DNA from: a virus
Taxonomy: Duplodnaviria; Caudoviricetes
IMG/VR virus record: IMGVR_UViG_3300011403_000032
Coordinates: 1 to 25,626 of that record
DNA: 25,626 nucleotides
Strand: one strand, 5' to 3'
A program made the translations under genes and the position numbers. The notes under the pieces are model-generated. The model worked only from the letters and a program-made list of their open reading frames with translations. It made no database searches and had not been told where the DNA came from. This document shows positions 9,460-17,721 of this stretch, piece after piece. Numbering within the stretch: the first letter of the stretch is position 1; every line of letters starts with the position of its first letter.

Positions 9460-9938
9460 TGCCCGTCCCTCCCCTCGACGTATCGGAGCAGCAGGCTGTC
9501 CCACCGGTCCGTGTACTCATCGGGGACGACGTCGGGCGCGATCTTTCGGGCGGGCAGACCCTCGAGCCCGTCCTGGTGCTTCACCGCCTTCGGGTCGTTC
9601 GTCCCGACCTCGACCGAGTCCGATGTGACGATCCGCCGACCGAGCGGGTGCGACCGCTTCGTCAGCGACGCCCACATCTGGTTGGTGAACCGCAGGACGC
9701 CCATGCCCGCGCGCCCGTAGCGCGCCTTAAAGGCCAGGGTCTGTGCCTTCAGCGGGAGCCACGGGGACCCGCCCGCCGCGCCGGCCGTTCGGAACTGATC
9801 CTCGAAGAACGCGTGGATCGCGTTCGTCAGGTCGCCGGTCAGCACCGGCTTCAGGTTCCGCGCCCGCGCGTTGATCCCGTCGAGCATCGTGAGGGTCTGG
9901 CCCAGGTGGATCTCGACGTTGGTCTTCTCGCAGGGCAT
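9456..9938 (-). CDS. Virion morphogenesis / tail completion protein (Mu gpG / P2 gpS-like, 160 aa)
   Basis: FEDQF...G.PWLPLK..T...K...LRFTNQMWASL...VEVGTNDPKAVKHQDG..GLPAR matches the hallmark W.PL...T...VGTN...HQ.G...PAR pattern. Start re-called at 9938. Confidence 0.85.
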   Translation of the reverse strand: MPCEKTNVEIHLGQTLTMLDGINARARNLKPVLTGDLTNAIHAFFEDQFRTAGAAGGSPWLPLKAQTLAFKARYGRAGMGVLRFTNQMWASLTKRSHPLGRRIVTSDSVEVGTNDPKAVKHQDGLEGLPARKIAPDVVPDEYTDRWDSLLLRYVEGRDGQ

Positions 9939-9946
9939 CAGAACCC

Positions 9947-10411
9947 TCAGGGCGGTTCGCGGGTGTCGTACGGCGCGAGCGGGTCGTCCCACCCGTCGGG
10001 CATCCCGTCGAGCGCCTCGTTGCGGTACGTCACGGTCTTCGATCCGTCGGCGGACGACTCTGAGGCGACGATCGGGTCGACCCGGCTCTGTGCCAACCGC
10101 CACCGGATCACGTTCGCGATCGCGCGGCGCAAGGCCAGGGCCAGGTTCGCGTCCGCCGCGTCGGCGTCGACCGCATATCCCCGGAGGTACACGAGGATGT
10201 CGGTCCCGTCGACGGTCGCGACCACCGTGACCTGCCGGTTCCGGATCAACCGCGCCGTGTACAGCAGGTCCGGGGCCGGCGCCGTGAACTGGTCGATCAC
10301 CATCCGCTCGGCCTCGGCGGCGACGTCGACGAGCTCGCTCGCGCCCCGCAGCTTCGTGGGCAGCAGCGCCAGGTGATCCGGATCAGACGTCTGAAAGTAC
10401 ATCGCGGCCAT
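9947..10411 (-). CDS. Head-tail adaptor/connector-like protein (154 aa)
   Basis: Position after the major capsid. AEAERMVIDQ...VASES...SKTVTY...LAPY pattern resembles gp6/gp15-type adaptors. Confidence 0.65.
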   Translation of the reverse strand: MAAMYFQTSDPDHLALLPTKLRGASELVDVAAEAERMVIDQFTAPAPDLLYTARLIRNRQVTVVATVDGTDILVYLRGYAVDADAADANLALALRRAIANVIRWRLAQSRVDPIVASESSADGSKTVTYRNEALDGMPDGWDDPLAPYDTREPP

Positions 10412-10420
10412 ATAAGCTCA

Positions 10421-10456
10421 CGGGGTCGACGAGGATCTGACTCCCCGTCGACCCCG
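10421..10456 (-). promoter_or_regulatory. 11-bp inverted repeat just upstream of the adaptor start codon
   Basis: CGGGGTCGACG (10421-10431) and CGTCGACCCCG (10446-10456); ends 9 nt before the ATG at 10411. Confidence 0.5.
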
Positions 10457-10481
10457 TCGCCGGCCGTTGGGGCGGTACGGC

Positions 10482-10643
10482 TTACTCCGCTTCGACGATC
10501 TCTTCGTGGATCTCCGGATCGAACTGCCGATCATCGACCGTGATGATCGCGCCGTCGGACTTGCTCTTGACCTTCCGCGTCGGAACGGGGTGGTCGAGCT
10601 TCACCTTGTTGTTCGTCTGGGCCACGTCTTCAGAAGCGTACAT
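10482..10643 (-). CDS. Small acidic protein after the major capsid (53 aa; not in ORF track)
   Basis: GGAGA RBS then MYASEDVAQTNNKVKLDHPVPTRKVKSKSDGAIITVDDRQFDPEIHEEIVEAE*. High-GC3 codon usage; the FDPEIHE motif resembles small post-capsid phage proteins. Confidence 0.75.
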   Translation of the reverse strand: MYASEDVAQTNNKVKLDHPVPTRKVKSKSDGAIITVDDRQFDPEIHEEIVEAE

Positions 10644-10668
10644 CGGGTCTCCGTCGTTACGGGGGTCA

Positions 10669-10698
10669 GGGACCCCCGACCGATCGGTCGAGGGTCCC
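10669..10698 (-). terminator. Hairpin downstream of the major capsid gene
   Basis: GGGACCC-C-CGACCG-AT-CGGTCG-A-GGGTCCC, 15 nt after the capsid stop. No clear U-tract. Confidence 0.55.
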
Positions 10699-10713
10699 GT
10701 TGTGTGATCAGGC

Positions 10714-11859
10714 TTAGATGCGGAGCCGGACCCCGAGGTTGGGGTTAAGGGTCTTGAAGCCCCAGAGCGCGTCGAGCGCCCAGAACGTCGCGCCCAACCC
10801 GCCCGAGCCCCAGATGCGGGCGCGGAGCGCCAGGCCGGTGATCGGATCGACCACGGTGCCCGACAGGATGCCCGGGCCCGCGTCCTCGATCGGCTGCATC
10901 ACGAGGGCGAACGCCCGGCGGTGGAACGCGGTGCCGATCGACGTCGACGCCGTCTGGTCGGCCGTCACGGCCTCGCCGCCCGCCGTCGCCTTCGCGAGGG
11001 GCGGGGAGATCGACACGGTCGTCGACGCCGCGGCCGCGATGTCGGCCTTGATCGCGTAGAGCTGCGCGTCGCCGGCGATCGTCAGCACGTTACCCCGACG
11101 GAACGAACCCGACGGCGTACCGACGGTCAGCACCAGCGTCTCGTTGCCCTTCGCCTGGACGCCGTTGACCGTGAAGGTCGTCGCAGCGGTTCCCGCGACG
11201 GCGGTCGGGGCGTTCTGGTTCGCGAAGATCGTGAACCCATACTTCTGGCCGAGCACGCCGTCGCGCTGCAGGGCCGCGTTGTCGCCGGCCGTGTTCGCCT
11301 GCAGGAACGTGAGCGACTTCTCGTACCGGTTCTGCAGCACGCCGTCGATCATGTACGCGTAGTCGCGCGGGTTCACCGACGGGGCGAGCGAGTTGAACAG
11401 CGTCTGCCGGATGTTCGGGAAGTCCTCGTGCTGGGACGTCGGCGCGACGTCCTCGACGATCCAGGGAACCTCGAGCGCCATCGACGCCAGGTCCTGGTCG
11501 ATCGCGTCGGCGATCGATGCGGCCACCGGCTCGAGGTGTTCGCTAACGAACCGCTCGACCGTGAGGGACCGTTCCTTGTCGGTCAGCTTGAAGCCCTGAC
11601 CCTTCCACTGCCCGATCTGGAGGTTGGAGTAGTCCGGCGCGACGTCCGCGAACGAACCCTCGGCGATCGGCATGTTGACCGCCGTGAACTTCTGGGCCCG
11701 GCGGAGCTGGATGGTCGACCCCTTCTCGGCGGCCTTCTCGGCCTCGAGCGACCGGTCGACGAAGAACGCCATGCCCAGGCGCTTGTACAGCACCTCGAGG
11801 CCGGCGCCCGCGTAGAAGTACGGGTCGTAGGCGAGTCCTGCGGTAAGGAGGTTAGGCAT
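10714..11859 (-). CDS. Major capsid protein, P22 coat protein (gp5)-like
   Basis: 381 aa with KGSTIQLRR, F.LTDKE, LEPVAASIADAIDQDL, ALQRDGVLG..YGF.IF.NQN, AFHRRAFALV, DP.TGLALR and LDALWGFKTLNPNL. GGGGAG RBS. Confidence 0.92.
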   Translation of the reverse strand: MPNLLTAGLAYDPYFYAGAGLEVLYKRLGMAFFVDRSLEAEKAAEKGSTIQLRRAQKFTAVNMPIAEGSFADVAPDYSNLQIGQWKGQGFKLTDKERSLTVERFVSEHLEPVAASIADAIDQDLASMALEVPWIVEDVAPTSQHEDFPNIRQTLFNSLAPSVNPRDYAYMIDGVLQNRYEKSLTFLQANTAGDNAALQRDGVLGQKYGFTIFANQNAPTAVAGTAATTFTVNGVQAKGNETLVLTVGTPSGSFRRGNVLTIAGDAQLYAIKADIAAAASTTVSISPPLAKATAGGEAVTADQTASTSIGTAFHRRAFALVMQPIEDAGPGILSGTVVDPITGLALRARIWGSGGLGATFWALDALWGFKTLNPNLGVRLRI

Positions 11860-11943
11860 GGTTCGTCGGCTCCCCTGTGTGGTACCGGACGGGACGATGT
11901 GAGTGCGCGGACCGCCCCGTCCGGGGCGCGATCGCGCTGCTTA

Positions 11944-12807
11944 TTACGCTGAACCCATTCCCATCCCGGCGGGCATCTTCGTCCGAACGACGGCGCCGGT
12001 CTTTTCCGCTCGCTTCTGAGCCTCACGCCGCGTGGGCGCGTCGGCCGCCTGCTCGGGCGTCAACCAGATGACGCCGCCCTGCTGTTCGGCGCCGGACCCG
12101 CCCCCGCCACCCGCGCCGCCCAATCCAGGGCCATCCTGCTGTTGGCGCTCGATGTAGTCGGCGTTGTCCTTTTCCGCGGCCCACGAGTCGAAGAACTCCG
12201 CGACCGTCATGAACGGGCGACCGTACTTCTTCTGGTCGGACGAGAAGACGAACCCGTCGCCCTGCGCGGCGCGGACGTAGTAGTCATCGGTCTTCGTGTC
12301 GTACGCGAACACCGGCTCCAGGGCGGCGACGATGTAAGGCAGCTTCGCGGGTCCGACCGGTCGGAGGTATTGCTTCTTCACGACCGGGCCGGCGACGCTG
12401 AGGATCTCCTTGTGGAGGCCCCGCGTGACCAGGCGCGCGTTGTGCTGCTTCAGCTCGTCGCGTTCCGTGACGACCGGTTCGAGCTCCTTCTTTCGCCAGC
12501 CGAGCTTCTCGTTGTCGAGCCGCGCGGCGAGGTCCGCGGCCGCCTTCGCGGCGTCGGGGACGCTGCCGTGCTTCTTCAGAACGGCGGCGATGTGATCCTG
12601 ATCGTCGATGAGCGTCGCGGGATCGCGGAGGCCCTTATTCTTGATCACGCCGTCGACCCGGCGGTCCAGCTCGGTGTTGAACGTTTCGGACGACGTCAGC
12701 TTATGAACCTTGGCGATCGCGGAGACTGCGCTCTCCGGCAGCTTGGCCTCGTCGAGCTCGACATCCGTCTCGACGCCGGCCACCAGCGCCTTCGTCTTGA
12801 AGGTCAT
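11944..12807 (-). CDS. Capsid scaffolding protein (287 aa)
   Basis: Charged, coiled-coil-like with a Gly-rich linker and basic C-terminal helix, directly before the capsid gene. Start re-called at MTFKTK (12807) with GAAAGGA upstream. Confidence 0.75.
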   Translation of the reverse strand: MTFKTKALVAGVETDVELDEAKLPESAVSAIAKVHKLTSSETFNTELDRRVDGVIKNKGLRDPATLIDDQDHIAAVLKKHGSVPDAAKAAADLAARLDNEKLGWRKKELEPVVTERDELKQHNARLVTRGLHKEILSVAGPVVKKQYLRPVGPAKLPYIVAALEPVFAYDTKTDDYYVRAAQGDGFVFSSDQKKYGRPFMTVAEFFDSWAAEKDNADYIERQQQDGPGLGGAGGGGGSGAEQQGGVIWLTPEQAADAPTRREAQKRAEKTGAVVRTKMPAGMGMGSA

Positions 12808-12922
12808 GGCAGCGGCACATCCTTTCGGTACTTCGGTCTCGCGCTTGGCCCAACGCGGTGGGTGCACGTCCTGGGAACCCGGACGGAGGGTCGGCACGTG
12901 GTGCTCGCTTCGTGCCTGGGCG

Positions 12923-12955
12923 GCGAATATAACGGCCCGTGCTTCCGGCGGGCCA
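12923..12955 (-). promoter_or_regulatory. Candidate promoter for scaffold/capsid
   Basis: Minus strand TGGCCC-N18-TATATT in an AT-richer intergenic patch. The 11-mer GTTATATTCGC recurs at 23131-23141. Confidence 0.55.
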
Positions 12956-12979
12956 CCTTTTTGTGATTAAGTCGTACTT

Positions 12980-14092
12980 TTATTCCGTTACCTGTCCCAC
13001 GCTCGTGGACGCGAGCGATGCCATCCCGGCGCTGTTCGCCGTCGCCGCGCGCAGGTGTTGCTCGGCGCGAGCGAGGATCCGATCGCGCTCCGTGATCGTG
13101 AGCCCGCGCCCGTTCGGTATCGTCGCGTCACGCGCGGCGAGCTGCCGCGGCGGCATCGGCTTCGGCTCGCCGGCGGCGGCCGTTCCCCGGACGACCGGGA
13201 CGTTCTCGCAGCGGTCCCACGGGTGCGACAGCGGCGGGACCTCGTCGACCGGGTACACGCCCTCGCCGAGCCCGTAGAAGTCGACCCCCGCGAGGACGTC
13301 GCACTCGTCGGGTTCGACCTGGCTGCCCCGGTCCGGCGCGAGCCGTCGCGCGACCGCCTGCACGAACGGGTCGGCGGCGAACGCCGTCACCTCGGCCTCG
13401 GCCCGGGCGTTGTGGATCTCCGTGAAAGCGATCCGGTTCGCGTTGTGCAGCAGGTTTCCGGCCGCGTGCCGGAGCGTCGCGTCCTCGAGGCGGGCGAGGT
13501 TCACCTCGTCGAGCCCGCCGAACGCCCGGTGGAACGGTTCCGCCCCGCGCACATACGGGCGGAGCCGGCGGGCCAGCTCGACGGGCGACACGCCCTCGGT
13601 CAGGGCGGCCCGGATGATCGCGTCGGCCTCGGCCGCCGCGTTCCGAACCAGCGGCCCGACGAGCGTCTTCCACGTCCCGGCCGCCCCGCCGAGCCCTTCG
13701 TAGGCGCCGAGCAGTGTCACGGGCGGGTCCCGCACGAGGCTGATGAGCGCCTGGTCGGTCAGGCCCGCCTGCCTCAATCGGGCGAGCGTCGCGTCCTGCC
13801 ACGCGGCCGTCACCTCCCCGAACGACGTGAGCCGGCCGTCGGCGATCGCCTTCACCAGCTCACGCTCGAGGTTCACCGCCGCGCGGGCCAGGAGGTGCTC
13901 GGTCGTCCGCAGCGCCGCCCGGGCCGCCGCCGCGTCGGCCGGCAGGCCCGCCACGATCGACGCCACGCGGTCCGAGAACTTGATGAGCGCGCGCTGAACG
14001 TTCTGGATCGCCTCCCGCGAGAGCGACCCCGCGAGGCGCCGGGCCTGCGCCTGGGCGGCCCGATACATCCCGCGCCGGGGTGACCGCGCCAT
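12980..14092 (-). CDS. Minor head protein (MuF / SPP1 gp7-like)
   Basis: 370 aa with ALTEGVSPVELARRL, NANRIAFTEIHNA and DECD.LA..D.YGLG.GVYP...P...HPWDRC. No C-terminal toxin extension. Confidence 0.85.
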   Translation of the reverse strand: MARSPRRGMYRAAQAQARRLAGSLSREAIQNVQRALIKFSDRVASIVAGLPADAAAARAALRTTEHLLARAAVNLERELVKAIADGRLTSFGEVTAAWQDATLARLRQAGLTDQALISLVRDPPVTLLGAYEGLGGAAGTWKTLVGPLVRNAAAEADAIIRAALTEGVSPVELARRLRPYVRGAEPFHRAFGGLDEVNLARLEDATLRHAAGNLLHNANRIAFTEIHNARAEAEVTAFAADPFVQAVARRLAPDRGSQVEPDECDVLAGVDFYGLGEGVYPVDEVPPLSHPWDRCENVPVVRGTAAAGEPKPMPPRQLAARDATIPNGRGLTITERDRILARAEQHLRAATANSAGMASLASTSVGQVTE

Positions 14093-14093
14093 C

Positions 14094-14417
14094 TTAACCG
14101 AGGTCTTCGACGACGAGGACGGCGATGAAGTCCTTGTTCGGGAACGTCTGCTTGGTGCCGTCGCCGAACGTGACCTCGAACTCGGCGCGGAACGGGCCGG
14201 CCGTGTCGGTATCGGTCGCGCCCCACGAGTATCGAACGCGGCCGGCGGACGGGGTCCCGACGATCGTCGCGCCCGCGTCCACCTTCACGACGCCCTCGAG
14301 CGTCTTCATGATGAACCGGACGGACGCCCCGGTCAGGTCCACCGGGTTTCCGTCCGATCCGCGCAGCACCCGCTCGATCGGTTCGCGGCGGTCCCCTCGC
14401 TTGATCAGAAAGTCCAC
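14094..14417 (-). CDS. BppU N-terminal-like Ig-fold virion protein (107 aa)
   Basis: FLIKRGD...L...DG.PVDLTGASVRFIM...GRVRYSW..TDTDTAG.F.AEFEVTF.DG..QTFP is the recognisable BppU-type pattern. Confidence 0.8.
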   Translation of the reverse strand: MDFLIKRGDRREPIERVLRGSDGNPVDLTGASVRFIMKTLEGVVKVDAGATIVGTPSAGRVRYSWGATDTDTAGPFRAEFEVTFGDGTKQTFPNKDFIAVLVVEDLG

Positions 14418-14420
14418 GTT

Positions 14421-15767
14421 TTAGTCCTCGCTTACGGTGGTGATACCCCGGGAACCCTCGACGCTTGTGCGACCCGCATCGCGCGGGCCGGTCGTCGACG
14501 TCCGTCCGCTGCTTCCCAGGACGCTCGTGGCCCCCGGGTTGTTCGACATCGGCGCCGGTGGGGCGGGCACCAGCTCGAGCGCGCCGGCCGCGAACGCCGA
14601 CGGGACGCCGCTCGGATCGACGGTCAGAACGATCGTCAGGGTCCCGAGGAGCTCACCCGTCGCGATGCTGAGCACGTCGACGAACTGCGACGTCACCTGC
14701 TCGATGATCGCCGCCCCGAACTCCTGGGCCGACGCGATCCCGGCCGGGTCGACGCGGATCGGCAGCTCCACGAACGCGATCCCGAACGTCTCCGCCGACG
14801 CGATCCCGGCCGCGTTCACATGCAGGATGATCGTGAGCGTCCCGAACGCCTGAGCCGACGCGATCCCCACGGGGCTGACGTTGATCGCCAACTCGATGAA
14901 CGCCGTTCCGTGCACCTCGGCTGATGCGATCGCGCCAGCGTTCGACAGCTCAACGACGCCCACAACTTCGGTCGTCCCGAATGCCTGGGCCGACGCGATC
15001 CCGGCCGGGTTCAGTGTCAGGTCGAGCGCCAACGTCCCGAACGCCTCGGCCGGCGCGATCCCGGTCGGGTTCAACGTCAGGTCGAGCGCCAACGTCCCGA
15101 ACGCCTGAGCCGACGCGATCCCGGTCGGATCGACGTGGGGTCGATCGACGACCAGGACGCCGAATGCCTGGGCCGACGCGATCCCGGCCGGGTTCAGTGT
15201 CAGGTCGAGCGCCAACGTCCCGAACGTCTCGGCCGGCGCGATCCCGGTCGGGTTGATCTGAGGCTGATCGATGAGGGCGGTGCCGAACGCCTCGGCCGTC
15301 GCGATCGCCGACGGAAGCACCTCGATCGCCAAGACGTCGAAGCTGTTGCTGTCGCCCTCGGCGATGAGGAGGACCCACTCGCCCACGTGGACGAAGTAGT
15401 TACCGAGGGACGTGATCGTGAGCGCGTGCACGAGGACGCCGGCCGTGAACGCCGCCGATTGGCCCGCGCCCTGGGTCACCGTGGCGCCGGGTACCTGAAC
15501 GTCCACCGTGCCGGTGAAACCAACGTGCGTCGCGCCCGTGTGATCGCGCGCCGTTATCTCGACGTTAAACGACACACCCTGCTGCTGCGCCGGGATCGCG
15601 CCGCCGCCGACCGCGGTTATGGTAAAGTCGGCTAGACGAAGCACACGCGACGACCCGAACGTCTCGGCCGTCGCGATCGCGCCCGCGCCCGTAATCTCCT
15701 GCGGGCCCGTCGCCGGGGGCGCAGCCGCCCAGGGCGCGGACGCCCACGGCTGGCCGCCCCACGTCAT
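14421..15767 (-). CDS. Repeat-rich fibre-like virion protein (448 aa)
   Basis: N-terminal WGGQPWASAPWA, an Ig-like insert (GVSFNVEITARD...FTGTV...FTAGV), and about 12 copies of a 20-24 aa unit (P.GIA[S/P]A[Q/E][A/T]FG). Confidence 0.8.
   Translation of the reverse strand: MTWGGQPWASAPWAAAPPATGPQEITGAGAIATAETFGSSRVLRLADFTITAVGGGAIPAQQQGVSFNVEITARDHTGATHVGFTGTVDVQVPGATVTQGAGQSAAFTAGVLVHALTITSLGNYFVHVGEWVLLIAEGDSNSFDVLAIEVLPSAIATAEAFGTALIDQPQINPTGIAPAETFGTLALDLTLNPAGIASAQAFGVLVVDRPHVDPTGIASAQAFGTLALDLTLNPTGIAPAEAFGTLALDLTLNPAGIASAQAFGTTEVVGVVELSNAGAIASAEVHGTAFIELAINVSPVGIASAQAFGTLTIILHVNAAGIASAETFGIAFVELPIRVDPAGIASAQEFGAAIIEQVTSQFVDVLSIATGELLGTLTIVLTVDPSGVPSAFAAGALELVPAPPAPMSNNPGATSVLGSSGRTSTTGPRDAGRTSVEGSRGITTVSED
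14977..15254. repeat. Intragenic tandem repeats (60-63 nt period) including a 95-nt near-identical duplication
   Basis: 14977-15071 and 15160-15254 differ at one position. GTCAGGTCGAGCGCCAACGTCCCGAACG occurs three times. Confidence 0.9.
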
Positions 15768-15768
15768 C

Positions 15769-16005
15769 TTACACCGCCTTTAGGCCGAGGACCTGTTCGA
15801 TCCGCGCGACACGCGCCTCGAGCGCCTTGTGTGGTGATGTCTGCAGACGCGAGGTACGCCGCCTTTCCCGCAACGCCTCCAACTCGGGGTGATCGTCCGG
15901 AACCTCTTCCTCTGCGTATCCCGGCTGCGGGTTCGCGAAGTGACCGGTGATCTCCCGCGTCACAGGGTCGCGCTGCACATAACGCGGTTCCTTAGATTGG
16001 CTCAT
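15769..16005 (-). CDS. Small fibre-associated (chaperone-like) protein (78 aa)
   Basis: MSQSKEPRYVQRD...ITGHFANPQPGYAEEEVPDDHPEL...LEARVARIE. Overlaps the end of the fibre-like gene; this motif type typically follows fibre genes. Confidence 0.65.
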   Translation of the reverse strand: MSQSKEPRYVQRDPVTREITGHFANPQPGYAEEEVPDDHPELEALRERRRTSRLQTSPHKALEARVARIEQVLGLKAV

Positions 16006-17050
16006 GCCGTCTCCGTCCGTCGTACCAACCAAACGTTGAGATATCGAGGTTACCGACCGCGACCTCCGAGTCGTGCGTGATCTGCGAGGAGCTGTTGGTC
16101 CGCACCTCGAACCACCCGGCGTCGTACCACGTCGCGAGGTCCGCGTAGCCGAGCGATGCGACGCCTGTCACATCGTCCGGGTTCGCACCGGTCTCGACGT
16201 TTTCCCTGAAGAGGACCGCCGCGTTCGCGTTGGCGCTAGCGGTGGAGTCGATGCCCGCCCGGAACCGCGCGATGCTGTTCGGCGGGACGGTCAACGTCAC
16301 GGCGGTCGCTGTCACGGTCTTGGAGACCGCGACGTCGTTAATCGGCGTCGTCAACGTGAACCAGTCGCCGACCTGCGTGTAAGCGAGATTGGTCGCCGTC
16401 CCGCGCCGAACCCAGCCGATCCGACGTTGGTGCGTGTAGTTGGTCGGGAGCGTGGCACGGTTCGCGGTCGTGGTGAACATCACGTCCACGACGCCGGTGT
16501 CCGCCCGATAGATGAGGTGGACTTCGTACCACGTCGCGTTTGCGACGGAGCCCGTGTTCATCCCGCCCGCGTTAGTCCCGACCGCCCAGGCCGCGTCGAT
16601 CTGCTTGGTGATGGACGCCGCGAGCACGATCACGACCTCGCCTGTCTCATCCGCCGCCTCGCCCGCCTGAACCGTGATATCGTTCGTTGCGTCGGCGGCG
16701 TTCGACGTGGTGAGGTCCCAGATGTATCCCTTCTTCGGGTAGATGTCCATCGCGCGGGCGGCGAGCGGCGCGCAATACACGGTCGGGGCGGTGCCGAAGT
16801 TAACGGCCGATCCGCCGTTGGACGATGCGATGATCCGCGTCCGCGCGAGCGTGTCGGGCGTCGCGTCCGTCACGGTGCCGAGGCCGATCTCCCAATCTGA
16901 TCCCTGCTCCGCCACGTAGTAGCAGGTGTTTCCTGTCCCGATCCCGGCGACGAACGTGCGAAAGCCCGCCACGGCGCCGGCGAGATTCCAGGTGCCGGTG
17001 CCGGTGGTGGACGTCGTTTCCTTGACCCGATCCGCCGCGACGAGAGCCAC
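15992..17050 (-). CDS. Fibre/spike-like virion protein (352 aa)
   Basis: N-terminal MALVAADRVKETTSTTGTGT...WEIGLGT...TLART.IIASSNGG..VNF domain common in phages. C-terminal ITKQIDAAWAVGTNAGG.DTG-like...LPTNYT..RRIG fibre domain. Confidence 0.8.
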   Translation of the reverse strand: MALVAADRVKETTSTTGTGTWNLAGAVAGFRTFVAGIGTGNTCYYVAEQGSDWEIGLGTVTDATPDTLARTRIIASSNGGSAVNFGTAPTVYCAPLAARAMDIYPKKGYIWDLTTSNAADATNDITVQAGEAADETGEVVIVLAASITKQIDAAWAVGTNAGGMNTGSVANATWYEVHLIYRADTGVVDVMFTTTANRATLPTNYTHQRRIGWVRRGTATNLAYTQVGDWFTLTTPINDVAVSKTVTATAVTLTVPPNSIARFRAGIDSTASANANAAVLFRENVETGANPDDVTGVASLGYADLATWYDAGWFEVRTNSSSQITHDSEVAVGNLDISTFGWYDGRRRHEPI

Positions 17051-17053
17051 TGC

Positions 17054-17284
17054 TTATTCCTTCGCCGGTCCGACCTGCTCCTGCGACGGGATGCCGATGG
17101 CGGCGATCTCGTGGGCGACGGCCGCGCGCTGTTCCGGCGACAACCGCTCGACCGCGCGCCGCGCGACCGCGTTTGCCAGGGAGGCCTCGCGCTCGCGCAC
17201 GAGGGTCCGGCACCGCTCGACCGCCTCATCCTTCGCGGCGCGGGCGACCGCCAGCTCGGCGTCGATCTGCTCGATGGTTCGCAT
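17054..17284 (-). CDS. Small coiled-coil hypothetical protein (76 aa)
   Basis: GGGG RBS and tight spacing with neighbours. The C-terminal GIPSQEQVG resembles the repeat unit of 14421..15767. Confidence 0.75.
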   Translation of the reverse strand: MRTIEQIDAELAVARAAKDEAVERCRTLVREREASLANAVARRAVERLSPEQRAAVAHEIAAIGIPSQEQVGPAKE

Positions 17285-17295
17285 CTCGTTCCCCC

Positions 17296-17703
17296 TTACA
17301 GCTTGAAGATCTTGTTGGCGCCGTTGTCCCAGCGCACGATGACGTCGTTCCCGTTCAACGTGACCGGGAGCCCCGTCGCGGTGTCGATGTACGCGATCAA
17401 CCGCGACGTCGACTCGGTGCCGGTGTGCTTATACAAGATGAGCGCCTCGCACGGGTCGCCGGCGGCGGCCGTGAAGGTGACGTCGTTCGCGTCCGCGACG
17501 CCGTCCGTGACCGTCTTGCCCGCGAGCGACCCGGACACCTCCTCACGCGCCGCGGCCGCCACGTCGTCGAGGTTGTCGTGCGTCGCGAGGTTCACCGTGT
17601 AGTCGGCGACGTCGATCAGGATCAGGCGGATGTCGTCCGTGTCCCAGTCGATAGCCCCCTCGAGAAACCCCTGCCGACCCTTGTCATAAAGCGCGTTCGC
17701 CAT
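17296..17703 (-). CDS. Conserved virion structural protein (135 aa)
   Basis: AAGGAG RBS. MANALYDKGR..FL...IDW..DDI...L.GKTVTDGV.DA.DVTF...LIAYIDT.TGLPVT.NG.DV.V.WDNG.NKIFKL is a recognisable widespread phage protein pattern. Confidence 0.82.
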   Translation of the reverse strand: MANALYDKGRQGFLEGAIDWDTDDIRLILIDVADYTVNLATHDNLDDVAAAAREEVSGSLAGKTVTDGVADANDVTFTAAAGDPCEALILYKHTGTESTSRLIAYIDTATGLPVTLNGNDVIVRWDNGANKIFKL

Positions 17704-17721
17704 GGTGCTGCTCCTTTGTTG

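Noticed and set aside
12808-12897. 30-aa N-terminal extension of the scaffold
   Set aside because: An SD-like GAAAGGA precedes ATG 12807, so the upstream stretch looks like a 5' leader after the candidate promoter.
12980-14092. MuF polymorphic toxin fusion
   Set aside because: Only about 70 aa follow the HPWDRC motif, with no toxin signature and no adjacent immunity gene.
14977-15254. Regularly spaced repeats as a possible CRISPR array or DGR template/variable repeat
   Set aside because: The repeats are in-frame coding units without unique spacers. No cas or reverse transcriptase gene is present, and the near-identical copies differ at only one position.
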